A DNA stretch of 64,000 nucleotides from Fimbriimonadales bacterium (GCA_051003155.1 JBPCLO010000048.1:1-64000), one strand, 5' to 3'. Positions 1 through 9,209 are shown, counted from the first letter of the stretch. The notes: generated from the sequence alone by a model not told the origin. Program-made: numbers and translations.

Positions 1-91
1 GGAAGGGAGGAGACAAGAGGGGGGGGGGGAGACAAAAAAAGAGAGTTTTTTTTTTGGGGGGGGTCTGCCCCCCCCCCCTCCCCCCCCCCCC
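1..91. other. Low-complexity homopolymer tract, probable contig-end artefact
   Basis: Consecutive G, A, T, G and C runs of 7-11 nt at the very start of the window. Confidence 0.6.
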
Positions 92-109
92 GCCGCTATA
101 ATCAGTCGC

Positions 110-589
110 ATGGCGCAAGCAACTGACCTGGCAACCTTCGGCGCCGGTTGTTTCTGGGGGGTCGAAGATGCCTTCAGACAAATGCCGGGCGTAATCGAAG
201 CCACCTCCGGCTATCTGGGTGGGACCTTGGAAAACCCGACCTACGAACAAGTCTGCACCGGCCAAACCGGCCACGCGGAGGTAGTCCAGGTTTCATTCGA
301 CCCTTCGGTGATGACCTACGAGCAGCTCCTCGACGCCTTTTGGAAACTGCACGATCCCACGACGCTCGATCGCCAGGGGGCAGACGTCGGCAGTCAATAC
401 CGCTCAGCCATCTTTTACCATTCGCCGAAGCAGGAGACCGCCGCTCTTAGGTCACGGGAGCAAGTCCAAACCCGCCTCAGCCGCCCGATCGTGACCGAAA
501 TCACACCCGCGACCGCCTTCTACCGCGCTGAGGAATACCACCAGCGCTACCTGGAAAAGCGTGGCCTCTCCTCCTGCCACCTCCCATAG
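110..589 (+). CDS. msrA: Peptide methionine sulfoxide reductase A
   Basis: GCFWG motif, [30 protein letters not shown] at 97-102. Confidence 0.97.
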   Translation: MAQATDLATFGAGCFWGVEDAFRQMPGVIEATSGYLGGTLENPTYEQVCTGQTGHAEVVQVSFDPSVMTYEQLLDAFWKLHDPTTLDRQGADVGSQYRSAIFYHSPKQETAALRSREQVQTRLSRPIVTEITPATAFYRAEEYHQRYLEKRGLSSCHLP

Positions 590-622
590 CGGCAGGCTAC
601 CTCGCACCCAGAAGTCGGAGTT

Positions 623-1321
623 CTAATCGCGAGACATGAAGATCTGCAACACGTACCAGAACAGCAGCGCTACGGCGGCAAACAATGCGAGGGCTGCTGC
701 GACGTACTGATCGGTCCGATACTTGTGCAGAACCTGCGAAGTCGTGTACAGAATCGCCCCGGCAGCGAAGATCACCATTCCGACGCTGAACCAAAGCCCC
801 AGGTTGAACCCGAAGAGCGCACCGGCGACGATCAAGCCGAGAGCTGCGATACCCACGACGAATAGCGCGGTTCTAAGGAATGAAAAGTCTTTCCGCGTGA
901 ACAGCACGTAGAGGGTCAGCGCCCCGAAGACCAGCAAGGTGACGCCGGTCGCCTGCGTCAACACGCCGTTGTACGAAGTCGCCGCCAGGAAGATTACAGG
1001 CGAGAAGATCAGCGCTTCGGCAACCGTGTACACGCCCAGGCCCACGTACGAAATGCTCGCGCCGCCCGAGGCCGCCATAGCGCTCGCCAGCCACCCGACC
1101 AGCATGAAGCCGCCAAGCACCAGCAGCCACGCGTACTGGCTGCCGGAAATCATGGCCAGCATCCGCTCGCCGACGCCGGAGCTGTAGAAAAACGCCGAGA
1201 CCGCGACGAACGCAACGATCGCCATCGCCAGGTGCGAGTAGGTCTTGCGAATGAAGGTCAGGCGAGCGTCGAGCGGAGCATCCGCGACGTTGCCTTCCAC
1301 ATAGTTTTCAAGTGATCTCAT
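623..1321 (-). CDS. Bax inhibitor-1/YccA family membrane protein
   Basis: About 7 TM helices, FIRKTYSHL, RKDFSFL, YVAAALALF; start moved to MRSLEN behind an AGGAG SD. Confidence 0.88.
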   Translation of the reverse strand: MRSLENYVEGNVADAPLDARLTFIRKTYSHLAMAIVAFVAVSAFFYSSGVGERMLAMISGSQYAWLLVLGGFMLVGWLASAMAASGGASISYVGLGVYTVAEALIFSPVIFLAATSYNGVLTQATGVTLLVFGALTLYVLFTRKDFSFLRTALFVVGIAALGLIVAGALFGFNLGLWFSVGMVIFAAGAILYTTSQVLHKYRTDQYVAAALALFAAVALLFWYVLQIFMSRD

Positions 1322-1615
1322 TGATTTACTCCTGATTCTACGACGGCTAAAGCCTTGGCTTGGGAGCCCGAAAACGGGTCTGAACCTATTATAGTCCGCT
1401 TTCCTCGATTCGGTTCCGAGCGTCGCGGTTGTATTGCCCGGTGCGAAAGTGCTAGAGTCCCCTAAGCCTGGTAACCGCCACAGGCACAAAGAGATATTAA
1501 TGGAACGGAAGTGGTTTCGTCCGGCCGCAATTCTCGTTGTCTCGCGATGGCTTTGGAGCCAACCAAAGGGTCCCTGGGAGCACAACGGTCATCTAGATAT
1601 AAATTGATTACCCGT

Positions 1616-1961
1616 ATGCTTAAGGGAATCCACAGTCCGGACGTTGAGGATCTCGAACACTTCGCGCCCGGCGATCCGCAAGTTTTCGGTTTCGTTCTCC
1701 AGCTTTTGGTGGGTCCAAGAGACGACCCTGGCGAAGAGAGCGTCGACGTTTCTGTTTGCACACCGGTACCTTCGTCAGACACTTTTGCGGAGCGACGTTC
1801 TAATGGCGCGACACTATCTGATCGTTCTCGAGTACAACTTTTGCAGGCTGATTAAGCATTTGAACGATGCCGTTGGGGCCTGCGTCGGGAAATCCTGGGC
1901 AGAATGTGGCCTTAAGCTGAGCCGGATCGGTCGCTGGGAGTTCGAGGACTATGATGAATGA
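1616..1961 (+). pseudogene. Immunity protein 8 (Imm8) family, frameshifted near 1765
   Basis: LKGIHSPDV...VGPRDDPGEESVDVSVCTP in one frame continues as RHYLIVLEY...SW.E..KLSRIGRWEFEDY in the +1 frame; matches the Imm8 consensus as I recall it. Confidence 0.75.
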
Positions 1962-2015
1962 CAGACGGATGTGGCCCCGCTACCATAGGCGCTCTGGAAT
2001 CGGGAAGCACGGACC

Positions 2016-2477
2016 ATGGGAGAGGTTTCCGTAATCAATTACCCAATGGAACCCGTTTTGCCATTTGTCAGCCAGGATATCGTAGATCCGAATGACGTGA
2101 CGTTGATGCCCGACCTATTTGGGGTCCTGTCGGGATTGGAGTTTTACGACAGCGACAGCGAAAGCGACCCTCCCGAAGTGCTTGTGTTCGATCGCTTTGG
2201 CAGGCAGCTCAACCTCAAGATAGACATACACACCGGCTTGAAGCGGGCACGATTAGGTGAAATGGAGCCTGCTGCAGGAAGAGCTGAATGGGTGGAGGAA
2301 ATACTAAGCACCTCGATGGGGCACTGGACGGAGACCACTTGGCAGGAGGAGCTTGCGAAATCGCGCGGTCGCGAGAGGCAGGCCTCTTGCCTCCCTCTGC
2401 TGGTAGTCTTCATCGCCTTCGGAGTCGTGCTATCAGCGGGCTGGGTGGGCGTGACCCTGCAATCGGTGGGTGATTGA
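2016..2477 (+). CDS. Hypothetical protein with hydrophobic C-terminus; 3' end runs through an 18-bp repeat
   Basis: 153-aa ORF, no recognised motif. Confidence 0.45.
   Translation: MGEVSVINYPMEPVLPFVSQDIVDPNDVTLMPDLFGVLSGLEFYDSDSESDPPEVLVFDRFGRQLNLKIDIHTGLKRARLGEMEPAAGRAEWVEEILSTSMGHWTETTWQEELAKSRGRERQASCLPLLVVFIAFGVVLSAGWVGVTLQSVGD
2439..2456 (+). repeat. 18-bp repeat A, copy 1 (GGCTGGGTGGGCGTGACC)
   Basis: Near-identical copies at 2629-2646 (+) and 3410-3427 (-). Confidence 0.85.
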
Positions 2478-2628
2478 GAGTGATGTTAGTCGCAACGCTT
2501 GCAAGATGCGCTGAGAGCAAATCTTGCCTGCCAAATATGTCCAGCCAAAAGCGGACGGGTTGGCAGGGCGGTTGTCGAATGGTGAAATCGGGTGCTGAGG
2601 GCAAGCGTAGTAACCGGGTTCGGCTGGC

Positions 2629-2646
2629 GGCTGGGTGGGCTTGACC
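2629..2646 (+). repeat. 18-bp repeat A, copy 2
   Basis: GGCTGGGTGGGCTTGACC, 1 mismatch to copy 1; 17 nt before REP-like element B. Confidence 0.85.
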
Positions 2647-2663
2647 CCGTTCTCCATGAGCTT

Positions 2664-2729
2664 GGGTGGCACGGACACGCGACCGCATCCTCTCGCTCGC
2701 TGAAATGTCCGTCAGCGTGTCCGTGAACG
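2664..2729 (+). repeat. REP/REPIN-like element B, copy 1
   Basis: GGGTGG-CACGGACACGC...GCGTGTCCGTG-AACG inverted arms, just downstream of the RAYT. Confidence 0.85.
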
Positions 2730-2787
2730 CATACCTTTCAATTGCAGAACTGCATCGCATCGATCCACCCCGAATTTCGATTCCAAA

Positions 2788-3288
2788 TCAGCGTACCCAT
2801 CTCGCGCTCGACCATTCCCAATCGACTACGGCCTCGCACAAACCTCGCCGAACCGGGTTCGCGTGGATGTAATCGTTTGAGGCGTGTATCGCATGGGACG
2901 AGAACAGATCTCGGTCGTACCCGCCTCCTGCCCGCCAAAACCGCCGCCGGCCATCGGGCAATGTGAGCTGCTTCGCCAACATGGGTTCGTTCCCGCAGAT
3001 TTCGCGCAATGCAACCTGCGCCACCGGCTGCTTGATCGACCGCAGAATGTCCCCGACCGAATACGTTCTTCTCAGCGGGTAGACGAGCACATGGACATGG
3101 TTCGGCATGATCACGTATGCCAAAACCATAAACCCATGCCGCTTTCGCGCCTTATCGAGGGACTTTAGGAAAAGCCGTTTGAATGCGTCGTTTTCGAGCA
3201 GGGGCAGACCGCGGTAGCAAGAAAACGTCAGTTCATGCGCGTGGCCTGCCTCGGCATATGCCAGCCGCTGTTTGCGCTTCTCTGCCAC
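2788..3288 (-). mobile_element. REP-associated tyrosine transposase (RAYT, HUH/Y1 family)
   Basis: TFSC, YVIMPNHVH (HUH), FW..GGGYDR, YIHANPVRRGL, DWEWSS motifs; flanked by inverted REP-like elements. Confidence 0.92.
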
Positions 3289-3322
3289 GAGCCGATTTTA
3301 CTTGCGCGCCGGCGAAGGACGT

Positions 3323-3390
3323 CGTTCACGGGCACGCTGATTGTGAGTTATTCATGACTGGAAGCAAGGAGTCGCGTGTCCGTGCCACCC
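3323..3390 (-). repeat. REP/REPIN-like element B, copy 2 (inverted)
   Basis: Reverse complement reads GGGTGGCACGGACACGC...GCGTGCCCGTGAACG. Confidence 0.85.
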
Positions 3391-3409
3391 ATAGTTGAGG
3401 TAAATTGTA

Positions 3410-3427
3410 GGTCACGCCCACCCAGCC
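3410..3427 (-). repeat. 18-bp repeat A, copy 3 (inverted)
   Basis: GGTCACGCCCACCCAGCC is the exact reverse complement of copy 1. Confidence 0.85.
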
Positions 3428-3432
3428 GGCCG

Positions 3433-3747
3433 AATGATGTCCTGAAACAGGGCCAGAAGGTACGAACGGGAATCTACGTGGTCGAGACGAAGGGCGGCAA
3501 GGTTTACAATGGGCCAATCCAATGATATCGATCGCCGCTTAGACGAGCATGTGCGCTCTGGCAAGTTGACGAGCACAAGCTGACAATGCGAAGAGAACGC
3601 GCGTGTCCGGCGGCAGACCCAGCGGGAGATTGAGGAGCAGAAGAAGTCAATCGCCGTGGAGGTAAGAAACCCGGCGGCCCTCTTGCAAACAAGCGAGATC
3701 CCGTAGCGGAGAAGTTTTGGGAACAATTCGGCATTCCGCCACCCTAA
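3433..3747 (+). pseudogene. Decayed GIY-YIG nuclease domain (Rhs-type toxin C-terminus remnant)
   Basis: Manual translation across several frameshifts: GIYVVETKGGKVY/MGQSNDIDRRLDEHVRSGKL...RVSGG/TQREIEEQKK/NRRGG...LANKRDPV; not in the ORF track. Confidence 0.7.
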
Positions 3748-3752
3748 ATTGC

Positions 3753-4611
3753 ATGGCCAACTTTGAGATCGCAAAAGAAGATGGAGATCGCAGGCTCAGA
3801 GTGCTCGACTATTGGACGCCGGCGATGGCCGTGGTGATGAAACGCGAGAGACTTATTTACCTCGAACTCAACGGTGCATGGGGCTTTCGGGGAGACAGCA
3901 TAGATTTTCTTGGTGAGATTGGGCTACTCGAGGGGCTAACCGTGTTGACGACCCGGGTAAAAGATGATCGAATCGTCGAGAGACTACATGACCTGAGCGA
4001 TCTGCACCTGGTTACAGGGGCGTCCCATCCGCTAAACTTCGCCCTCCTGTCCAATCTTCGAAGGCTCTCGCTCGGACAGTGGAAGGAGCGCTTCGCCTCC
4101 CTATTCGAGTCGAAGTCGATCACAAAACTCAGCCTTATGAGTTTCCTGACAGAACATTGAATCGATTTGGTGCCTTGACTCAATTGGTGGACGTATTTAT
4201 CGCAGGCGGGTCGCAGTTCGAGGATTTTCAGGGAATAGAACCTCTGACTAGTCTGAAGAGCATCGACATGCGCTGCGCAAACCGTCTAAGGAGATTTGGG
4301 GGGCTGGAGCCGTTGACACAGCTTGAAGAGCTGTGGATCGATACGACGAGCAAGCACTTGACCGACGTTCCGCTCTATCGCACCTCGTGAACCTACGAAA
4401 GCTTGCGCTGATCAATTGTCATCAAATACCGACGATCAAGTTCCTAGACCATATGCCTAAGTTGGAGGAGTTCTACTTCTACGAAAACACCGATGTGGCG
4501 GACAGCGATATGACACCCTTAATCAGACACCCTTCGCTCAAGGACGTGAGCTTTATGAACCGGAAGCATTACTTGCACCGCAGAGAAGAACTGCAGCAAT
4601 GGCATCCTTGA
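3753..4611 (+). pseudogene. Leucine-rich-repeat protein (putative immunity), two frameshifts
   Basis: LRR units (LSNLRRLSL, LTSLKSIDM, LTQLEELWI, LVNLRKLAL, MPKLEEFYF) spread over three overlapping ORFs; ATG 5 nt after the GIY-YIG stop. Confidence 0.75.
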
Positions 4612-4698
4612 AGGGAGCTCCGTTGTTTGACAATGGAACCTGGTTCCGAGCGACCGCGCGAACCCTCGTCTGCGCCTTGTCGTTTCAAGCCTGTGCGA

Positions 4699-4803
4699 GC
4701 GGGTTGTCGGCATGACCTTGAAATATGTAAAGGCTTGGGTGGCACGGACACGCAACTCCTGCTTCCAATCGCGAAATGCTCGCAAGGAGCGTGTCCGTGA
4801 ACG
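4699..4803 (+). repeat. Degenerate repeat A (4699-4717) plus REP-like element B copy 3 (4737-4803)
   Basis: GGGTGGCACGGACACGC...GCGTGTCCGTGAACG; spacer shares ACTCCT(T)GCTTCCA with copy 2. Confidence 0.85.
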
Positions 4804-4806
4804 GAA

Positions 4807-4987
4807 GTGGCCCACGTGGGGAGGTCCGTAACCGCGTTGAGCATCGGCGACGCCAAATTCAAGAGGGAAGTCTTCATCGCCTTGTTCGAACTTGCAGATA
4901 CTGACTATCAGATTCGAGTATGGAGCCAACCGGAGGATGAGTGGCGGTTTGAAAAGAAGCTCGAGTTCATACTGAACCCGGATACCC
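4807..4987 (+). pseudogene. Gene fragment, SCO4402-like (possible immunity protein) N-terminus
   Basis: KREVFIALFELADTDYQIRVW resembles the L(S/A)DxxYQxRVW motif from memory; runs into an unrelated gene. Confidence 0.35.
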
Positions 4988-5488
4988 GTGCTGCTCTCCG
5001 CCATAAAACTTCCCTTGCTCTTTCTCATCACCGTTCTCATCTGCCTGCCGACTCTCTACGTCCTCGGCCTGGTGCTCGGCGCGAAAGAAAGCGTGGGTCA
5101 GTACCTCGTCGTTCTCCTCGGCACACTGGCTGCAACCGGCATCCTTCTCATTGGCTTCGCGCCGATCACGGCGTTCTTCTTGATGACGAGTAGCCATTAC
5201 CAGTTCTTCAAGCTGCTCAACGTGGCCGTTCTGGGAATCTCGGGCATCATCGGGGCCAGATTCTTCCTCCGCGCGATGCGAACTCTATGGGAAGAGAACC
5301 GCGATGCGCGCGACAAAGTTCTCGTCCTCTGGATCGCGCTGTACGCCTTCGTCGGTAGCCAACTCGGCTGGACTCTCCGTCCGTTTTTCGGTGCCCCGGG
5401 GATGGAGTTCGAGCCCGTCCGCGAAGTGCAAGGGAACTTCTATATCAACATCCTCAAGTCGGCTCGCGAAGTACTCGGCTTCGACTAA
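4988..5488 (+). CDS. Conserved membrane protein, probably 5'-truncated
   Basis: AIKLPLLFLITVLICLPTLY and FVGSQLGWTLRPFFG..GNFY motifs of a widespread uncharacterised membrane family; begins abruptly. Confidence 0.65.
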   Translation: MLLSAIKLPLLFLITVLICLPTLYVLGLVLGAKESVGQYLVVLLGTLAATGILLIGFAPITAFFLMTSSHYQFFKLLNVAVLGISGIIGARFFLRAMRTLWEENRDARDKVLVLWIALYAFVGSQLGWTLRPFFGAPGMEFEPVREVQGNFYINILKSAREVLGFD

Positions 5489-5576
5489 CGCGCGAATCCG
5501 CCTGGGGGCCGACCGTCACCGGGAGACTCTTGAGCCAGTCAGCCTCCAGTCCAAAGGGTATCCTGCGCTTGTTGCC

Positions 5577-6533
5577 ATGAGCCTTACCCGGTTCTCGAAA
5601 TTCGCACTCGGCGTGCTGGTTTTCAACCTCTGCGTCATCTTGTGGGGAGCGTACGTAAGGCATACCGGCTCGGGTGCTGGCTGCGGCAGCCACTGGCCGC
5701 TCTGCAATGGCGAAGTTTTCCCTCGTTCTCCGAGCATGGAGACGATAATCGAGTACTCCCACAGGCTCACGAGCGGCCTCGCCCTTCTCTTGGTGATCGC
5801 ACTCGTCGTGTTCGCATTCCGCACTTTTCCTAAGGGCCACGGCTCGCGCACCGGATCGCTCTTAAGCGTCGCTTTCACAGTCATCTCAGCCCTCATCGGC
5901 GCCGGTCTGGTTATTTTCGGGCTCGTCGAGAGAGACGACTCGATCGCCCGGGCCGTCACCCTGTCCGCCCACTTGATCAACACGATGCTCCTGCTCGGCG
6001 CTCTTACCCTGACCTCGTGGTGGGGCACCGGCGGTAAGCCGATGCACATGCGCGGCCAGGGCGCGGCGGGTTGGCTCGTGGCGGGCGGCGCGTTCGCCGT
6101 GCTACTTGTCGGGATGAGCGGCGCCGTGACCTCGCTCGGCGACACGCTCTTTCCGCGCGACAACTCGGCCCAGGTGATTCAAGAGGGTCTTTCGGTAACG
6201 GGCCACTTTCTGATTCGGCTGCGCCTGTGGCACCCGTTCATCGCGATCTGCGCCGGCATGTACCTCTTCTTCATGACCGCTGTGCTCGGAGACACGCGCG
6301 CGAGTCGCACGGCGCACATTTTCCTTAGGCTGGTGGTGGCGTTGGTGCTGACTCAAATCGGCCTCGGGCTGATAAGCGTATGGCTGAAAGCGCCCACGGT
6401 TCTGGCGCTTCTCCACCTCTTCCTGGCGGACCTTCTGTGGATCGCGACGGTCCTCGCGGGCGCGGCCGTATTGTCAACCCAGCCGCTGCCTACGCGATCC
6501 GCCGCACTCGAAGGTTCGCAGTCCGCCGCATAG
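5577..6533 (+). CDS. ctaA: Heme A synthase, COX15/CtaA family
   Basis: GAYVR.TGSGAGCGSHWPLCNG, IEYSHR, conserved His in later TMs, 8 TM. Confidence 0.88.
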   Translation: MSLTRFSKFALGVLVFNLCVILWGAYVRHTGSGAGCGSHWPLCNGEVFPRSPSMETIIEYSHRLTSGLALLLVIALVVFAFRTFPKGHGSRTGSLLSVAFTVISALIGAGLVIFGLVERDDSIARAVTLSAHLINTMLLLGALTLTSWWGTGGKPMHMRGQGAAGWLVAGGAFAVLLVGMSGAVTSLGDTLFPRDNSAQVIQEGLSVTGHFLIRLRLWHPFIAICAGMYLFFMTAVLGDTRASRTAHIFLRLVVALVLTQIGLGLISVWLKAPTVLALLHLFLADLLWIATVLAGAAVLSTQPLPTRSAALEGSQSAA

Positions 6534-6548
6534 CCCATAATAGGGCAG

Positions 6549-7187
6549 ATGTTCTCCTTGCTCCCGTTCGGCCCAAGGCCGGCCGCTACCCTTGACCTTG
6601 CTCGCATCTACCTTCGAATCTTTCACATTCCGGGTTGGAAGCTCCGCAACATTCCACGGGCCGACGCGTTCATCGTCTTTACTGACGCGACCGGCTGGCT
6701 GGGTCACGGAACATCCAAGTACATCAAGGACAAGAGCGATTACCGGCTCGACGATGAAATCACGTCGCTAGCTCCCATCCAAGGTGGAGAGGCCGTGTCG
6801 GTCGCCGTCCACCGGCTCCCCGTGAAGCGTCTCGTAGTGGCGAATCCATTCGACCAGCAGAAGATGATGAGTGGCGAGCAATACTCCGCGGCATTCCGGG
6901 CTGCCACCAGGGAGATCGAAGCCCAAAACGGCAAGTCCTTTACGCTTTTCGATCCGACCGACGACTGGAACTACCAAGAACGTCGGGTTGAGCCCATGCA
7001 GGCTGCTCGCCGAATAGTCGATGCTATCCTTCGCAGCCGCGATCAAGGAATTCGGTCGGCGAATATCATCGTCACGAGCGAGGAGAATATAGCCGCTTAC
7101 CAAAATCTTGCCAGGCGCATGAACGAGGATCAGTGGAAGTTTACACACGAACCGGGCTCTGCCGACCGCGGTCTGGACCTGCTGTAG
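6549..7187 (+). CDS. Degenerate macro-domain-like protein
   Basis: ADAFIV...WLGHG..KYI...APIQGGEAVSV..HRLPVKRLVVA follows the macro-domain pattern but lacks NAAN, GGG and GTG. Confidence 0.5.
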   Translation: MFSLLPFGPRPAATLDLARIYLRIFHIPGWKLRNIPRADAFIVFTDATGWLGHGTSKYIKDKSDYRLDDEITSLAPIQGGEAVSVAVHRLPVKRLVVANPFDQQKMMSGEQYSAAFRAATREIEAQNGKSFTLFDPTDDWNYQERRVEPMQAARRIVDAILRSRDQGIRSANIIVTSEENIAAYQNLARRMNEDQWKFTHEPGSADRGLDLL

Positions 7188-8420
7188 TTACTTCGCCGGC
7201 GCAACCTGAAGTCGCACCCAAAAAAGCTCGTCGGTCAAAGCGGGCCCGTACTTGATCGGCGTTTTGCCTTGTCTCTCGCCGTGCCGGTCGTTTTCGTAGG
7301 CGATGGCCGCGACAAGCTTCGTCCCCTTGGATAACCTGGGCGGGTTCTCGAAGGTATATGCGCCCACCCACGCGAGAACCCAGGGGTAGGCGCGCAGGAT
7401 GGTCTTCTTTGAGCCGCTCGGCAATACCGCGGTTAGGTTAACCTGTGTGGCCGCAAGCCGCGCCTCCGGGATCACCGAAATGACCCGCACGTCATAGTCG
7501 AGCGTGAGTGTCCGTTCGTGTGTAGGGGACTTGAGCACGGGAATAACCAGTTCGCGCGTGCCGAGTTCCAGATGCTCGAGCTCTGCATATTTCGCTCCCT
7601 TGGCGAAGTATAGAGCCAGTTCGAACGACCCATCGGACGGATTGCCGTCCGGGGCGTACTGGATTTGAATTAGCAGCCTGTCCTTGCTCGTGATGGTTTT
7701 CGCAACTCCGGCCGGCGTCCGCCATGATCGGTGGCTCGATGCCCAGGCGCCGATGTACTCGTCGGTCACGGCTTCCAGGCTGCCCGTCGTTTCGAATCCC
7801 GGCGTCGCCGATTTCGAGTCTTCCCTTCTTCCCTTGCCTTCGATGTCGAGCGCAAGCACCGCCTGGCGGACGTTCCTTGGACTCTTCGGCCGGATGTCGA
7901 ATCCGATGAGGCCACGCTTCTTCCCTAACCCAGGCGAGATGACGAACGTCCGCCAGTAGATGGGTCCCTCGGCCTTCACGGCGATCTTCGCTTCCGGCTC
8001 GACGATCAAATCGGGCCTACCCAGTTGCCATCCGTTCTCGAAGACCGGTTGCGGAGGGATATCCTTAGGATCGCCTTCCTTCATGCCAGTTTGAACCCAC
8101 CGCTGAACGAGGACGGCTTCATCGTCGGTCATGGTTTCACCGGGGTGCATGATGCCGAAATCGGAAGTCGCCTTGTAAGGCGGCATCGAGCGGTTCAGCA
8201 CCACCCAGCGAATCGTTTCTGCCCTTCGGCGCGCTTGGTCGTACGTTATGAGAGCGAACGGCGCGTGAGTGCCGTCGTGGTGGCACGGAGCGCATTTCGC
8301 AAGCAGAACGGGGGCTATGTTCTTGTAGAAAGTAACCTCGGTGTCCTGCTTCACCGGAAAGATAGTCGCCAGCATGACCGACAACACAAAGATCGACCCC
8401 GATATCCACTTCATAGTCAT
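7188..8420 (-). CDS. Secreted c-type cytochrome fused to a copper-monooxygenase-like domain
   Basis: Signal peptide, TFYKNIAPVL..KCAPCH, APFAL.TY, RSMPP, WQLGRPDL. Confidence 0.75.
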   Translation of the reverse strand: MTMKWISGSIFVLSVMLATIFPVKQDTEVTFYKNIAPVLLAKCAPCHHDGTHAPFALITYDQARRRAETIRWVVLNRSMPPYKATSDFGIMHPGETMTDDEAVLVQRWVQTGMKEGDPKDIPPQPVFENGWQLGRPDLIVEPEAKIAVKAEGPIYWRTFVISPGLGKKRGLIGFDIRPKSPRNVRQAVLALDIEGKGRREDSKSATPGFETTGSLEAVTDEYIGAWASSHRSWRTPAGVAKTITSKDRLLIQIQYAPDGNPSDGSFELALYFAKGAKYAELEHLELGTRELVIPVLKSPTHERTLTLDYDVRVISVIPEARLAATQVNLTAVLPSGSKKTILRAYPWVLAWVGAYTFENPPRLSKGTKLVAAIAYENDRHGERQGKTPIKYGPALTDELFWVRLQVAPAK

Positions 8421-8489
8421 AAGTCCAAATCGAAGACGCCACCGGCTCCCGCGAGGTTCGATGGCGTCTTCATCCGACGTGCGGTTTCG

Positions 8490-9110
8490 CTATCGCAGTA
8501 CGATCAGTATCAGCACGCCTATCGCGATCAGCACCAGGAGGTCCTTGTTTGAAATCGAGGACTGGCCTGGATACGCTACTTCAAGAAAATCCCCGGGCCG
8601 AAGCTCCATGGGCGATGCCGAAGCCTGAATCTTGCCGAGATCGACAATAATCGTCTTGGTCTTGCCGTCTTCATCCGTTCTAGTGATCTTGAGGTTATCC
8701 GTTCGAGCTTCCGTGTAAGGCTTGCTTTGCGCGAGCGCGTCGGTGAGAGTGATGCCGTCGCGGTACGAGATTACTCCGGGCTTAGCAACCGCACCTTTGA
8801 CAGTCACGTAGTTGGCCGGATCGAGCTTCGGGACCGATACCTTCGCGCCAGGAGAAACGAGCGGTGGGGGGCCGAGCTTCGTCAGGTCGACGCAACGCTT
8901 GCCTCCATCCGGATTCGTCAGCTCGATCTTCGTTTGATCGGCGTGTGCCGTCAAGCCCCCCGCGAGCTTCAGCGCCTCGCGAACGCGAAGGCCGTCGGTA
9001 TACCGAATCTCTCCGGGTTTGTTCACCGCTCCTTCGACACTAACCGAAGTGTTTGCAATTGCGGCGACGCTCAGTGCGAGGCCCGCCAAAATCGTCATAG
9101 TCTTCATCAT
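8490..9110 (-). CDS. SLBB-domain protein (two SLBB repeats, signal peptide, C-terminal TM)
   Basis: VSVEGAVNKPG...AL..AGG and VTVKGAVAKPG...LRPGD repeats. Confidence 0.85.
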   Translation of the reverse strand: MMKTMTILAGLALSVAAIANTSVSVEGAVNKPGEIRYTDGLRVREALKLAGGLTAHADQTKIELTNPDGGKRCVDLTKLGPPPLVSPGAKVSVPKLDPANYVTVKGAVAKPGVISYRDGITLTDALAQSKPYTEARTDNLKITRTDEDGKTKTIIVDLGKIQASASPMELRPGDFLEVAYPGQSSISNKDLLVLIAIGVLILIVLR

Positions 9111-9209
9111 CTTCCAAAGTCCTCCTTCAAATCGACTCGAGATAGCGCATCCTACGCTCGCCCCAGTCCAAACTGCTCACTTTAGTTGCAGTGTTCAACA
9201 CCGGCACGG

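Noticed and set aside
1..91. G-rich/C-rich quasi-palindrome suggesting a G-quadruplex or terminal structure
   Set aside because: Pure homopolymer runs at the sequence edge are more simply explained as low-quality consensus
2439..4803. Integron attC array
   Set aside because: No tyrosine-recombinase integrase and no RYYYAAC/GTTRRRY ends; the repeats track the RAYT instead
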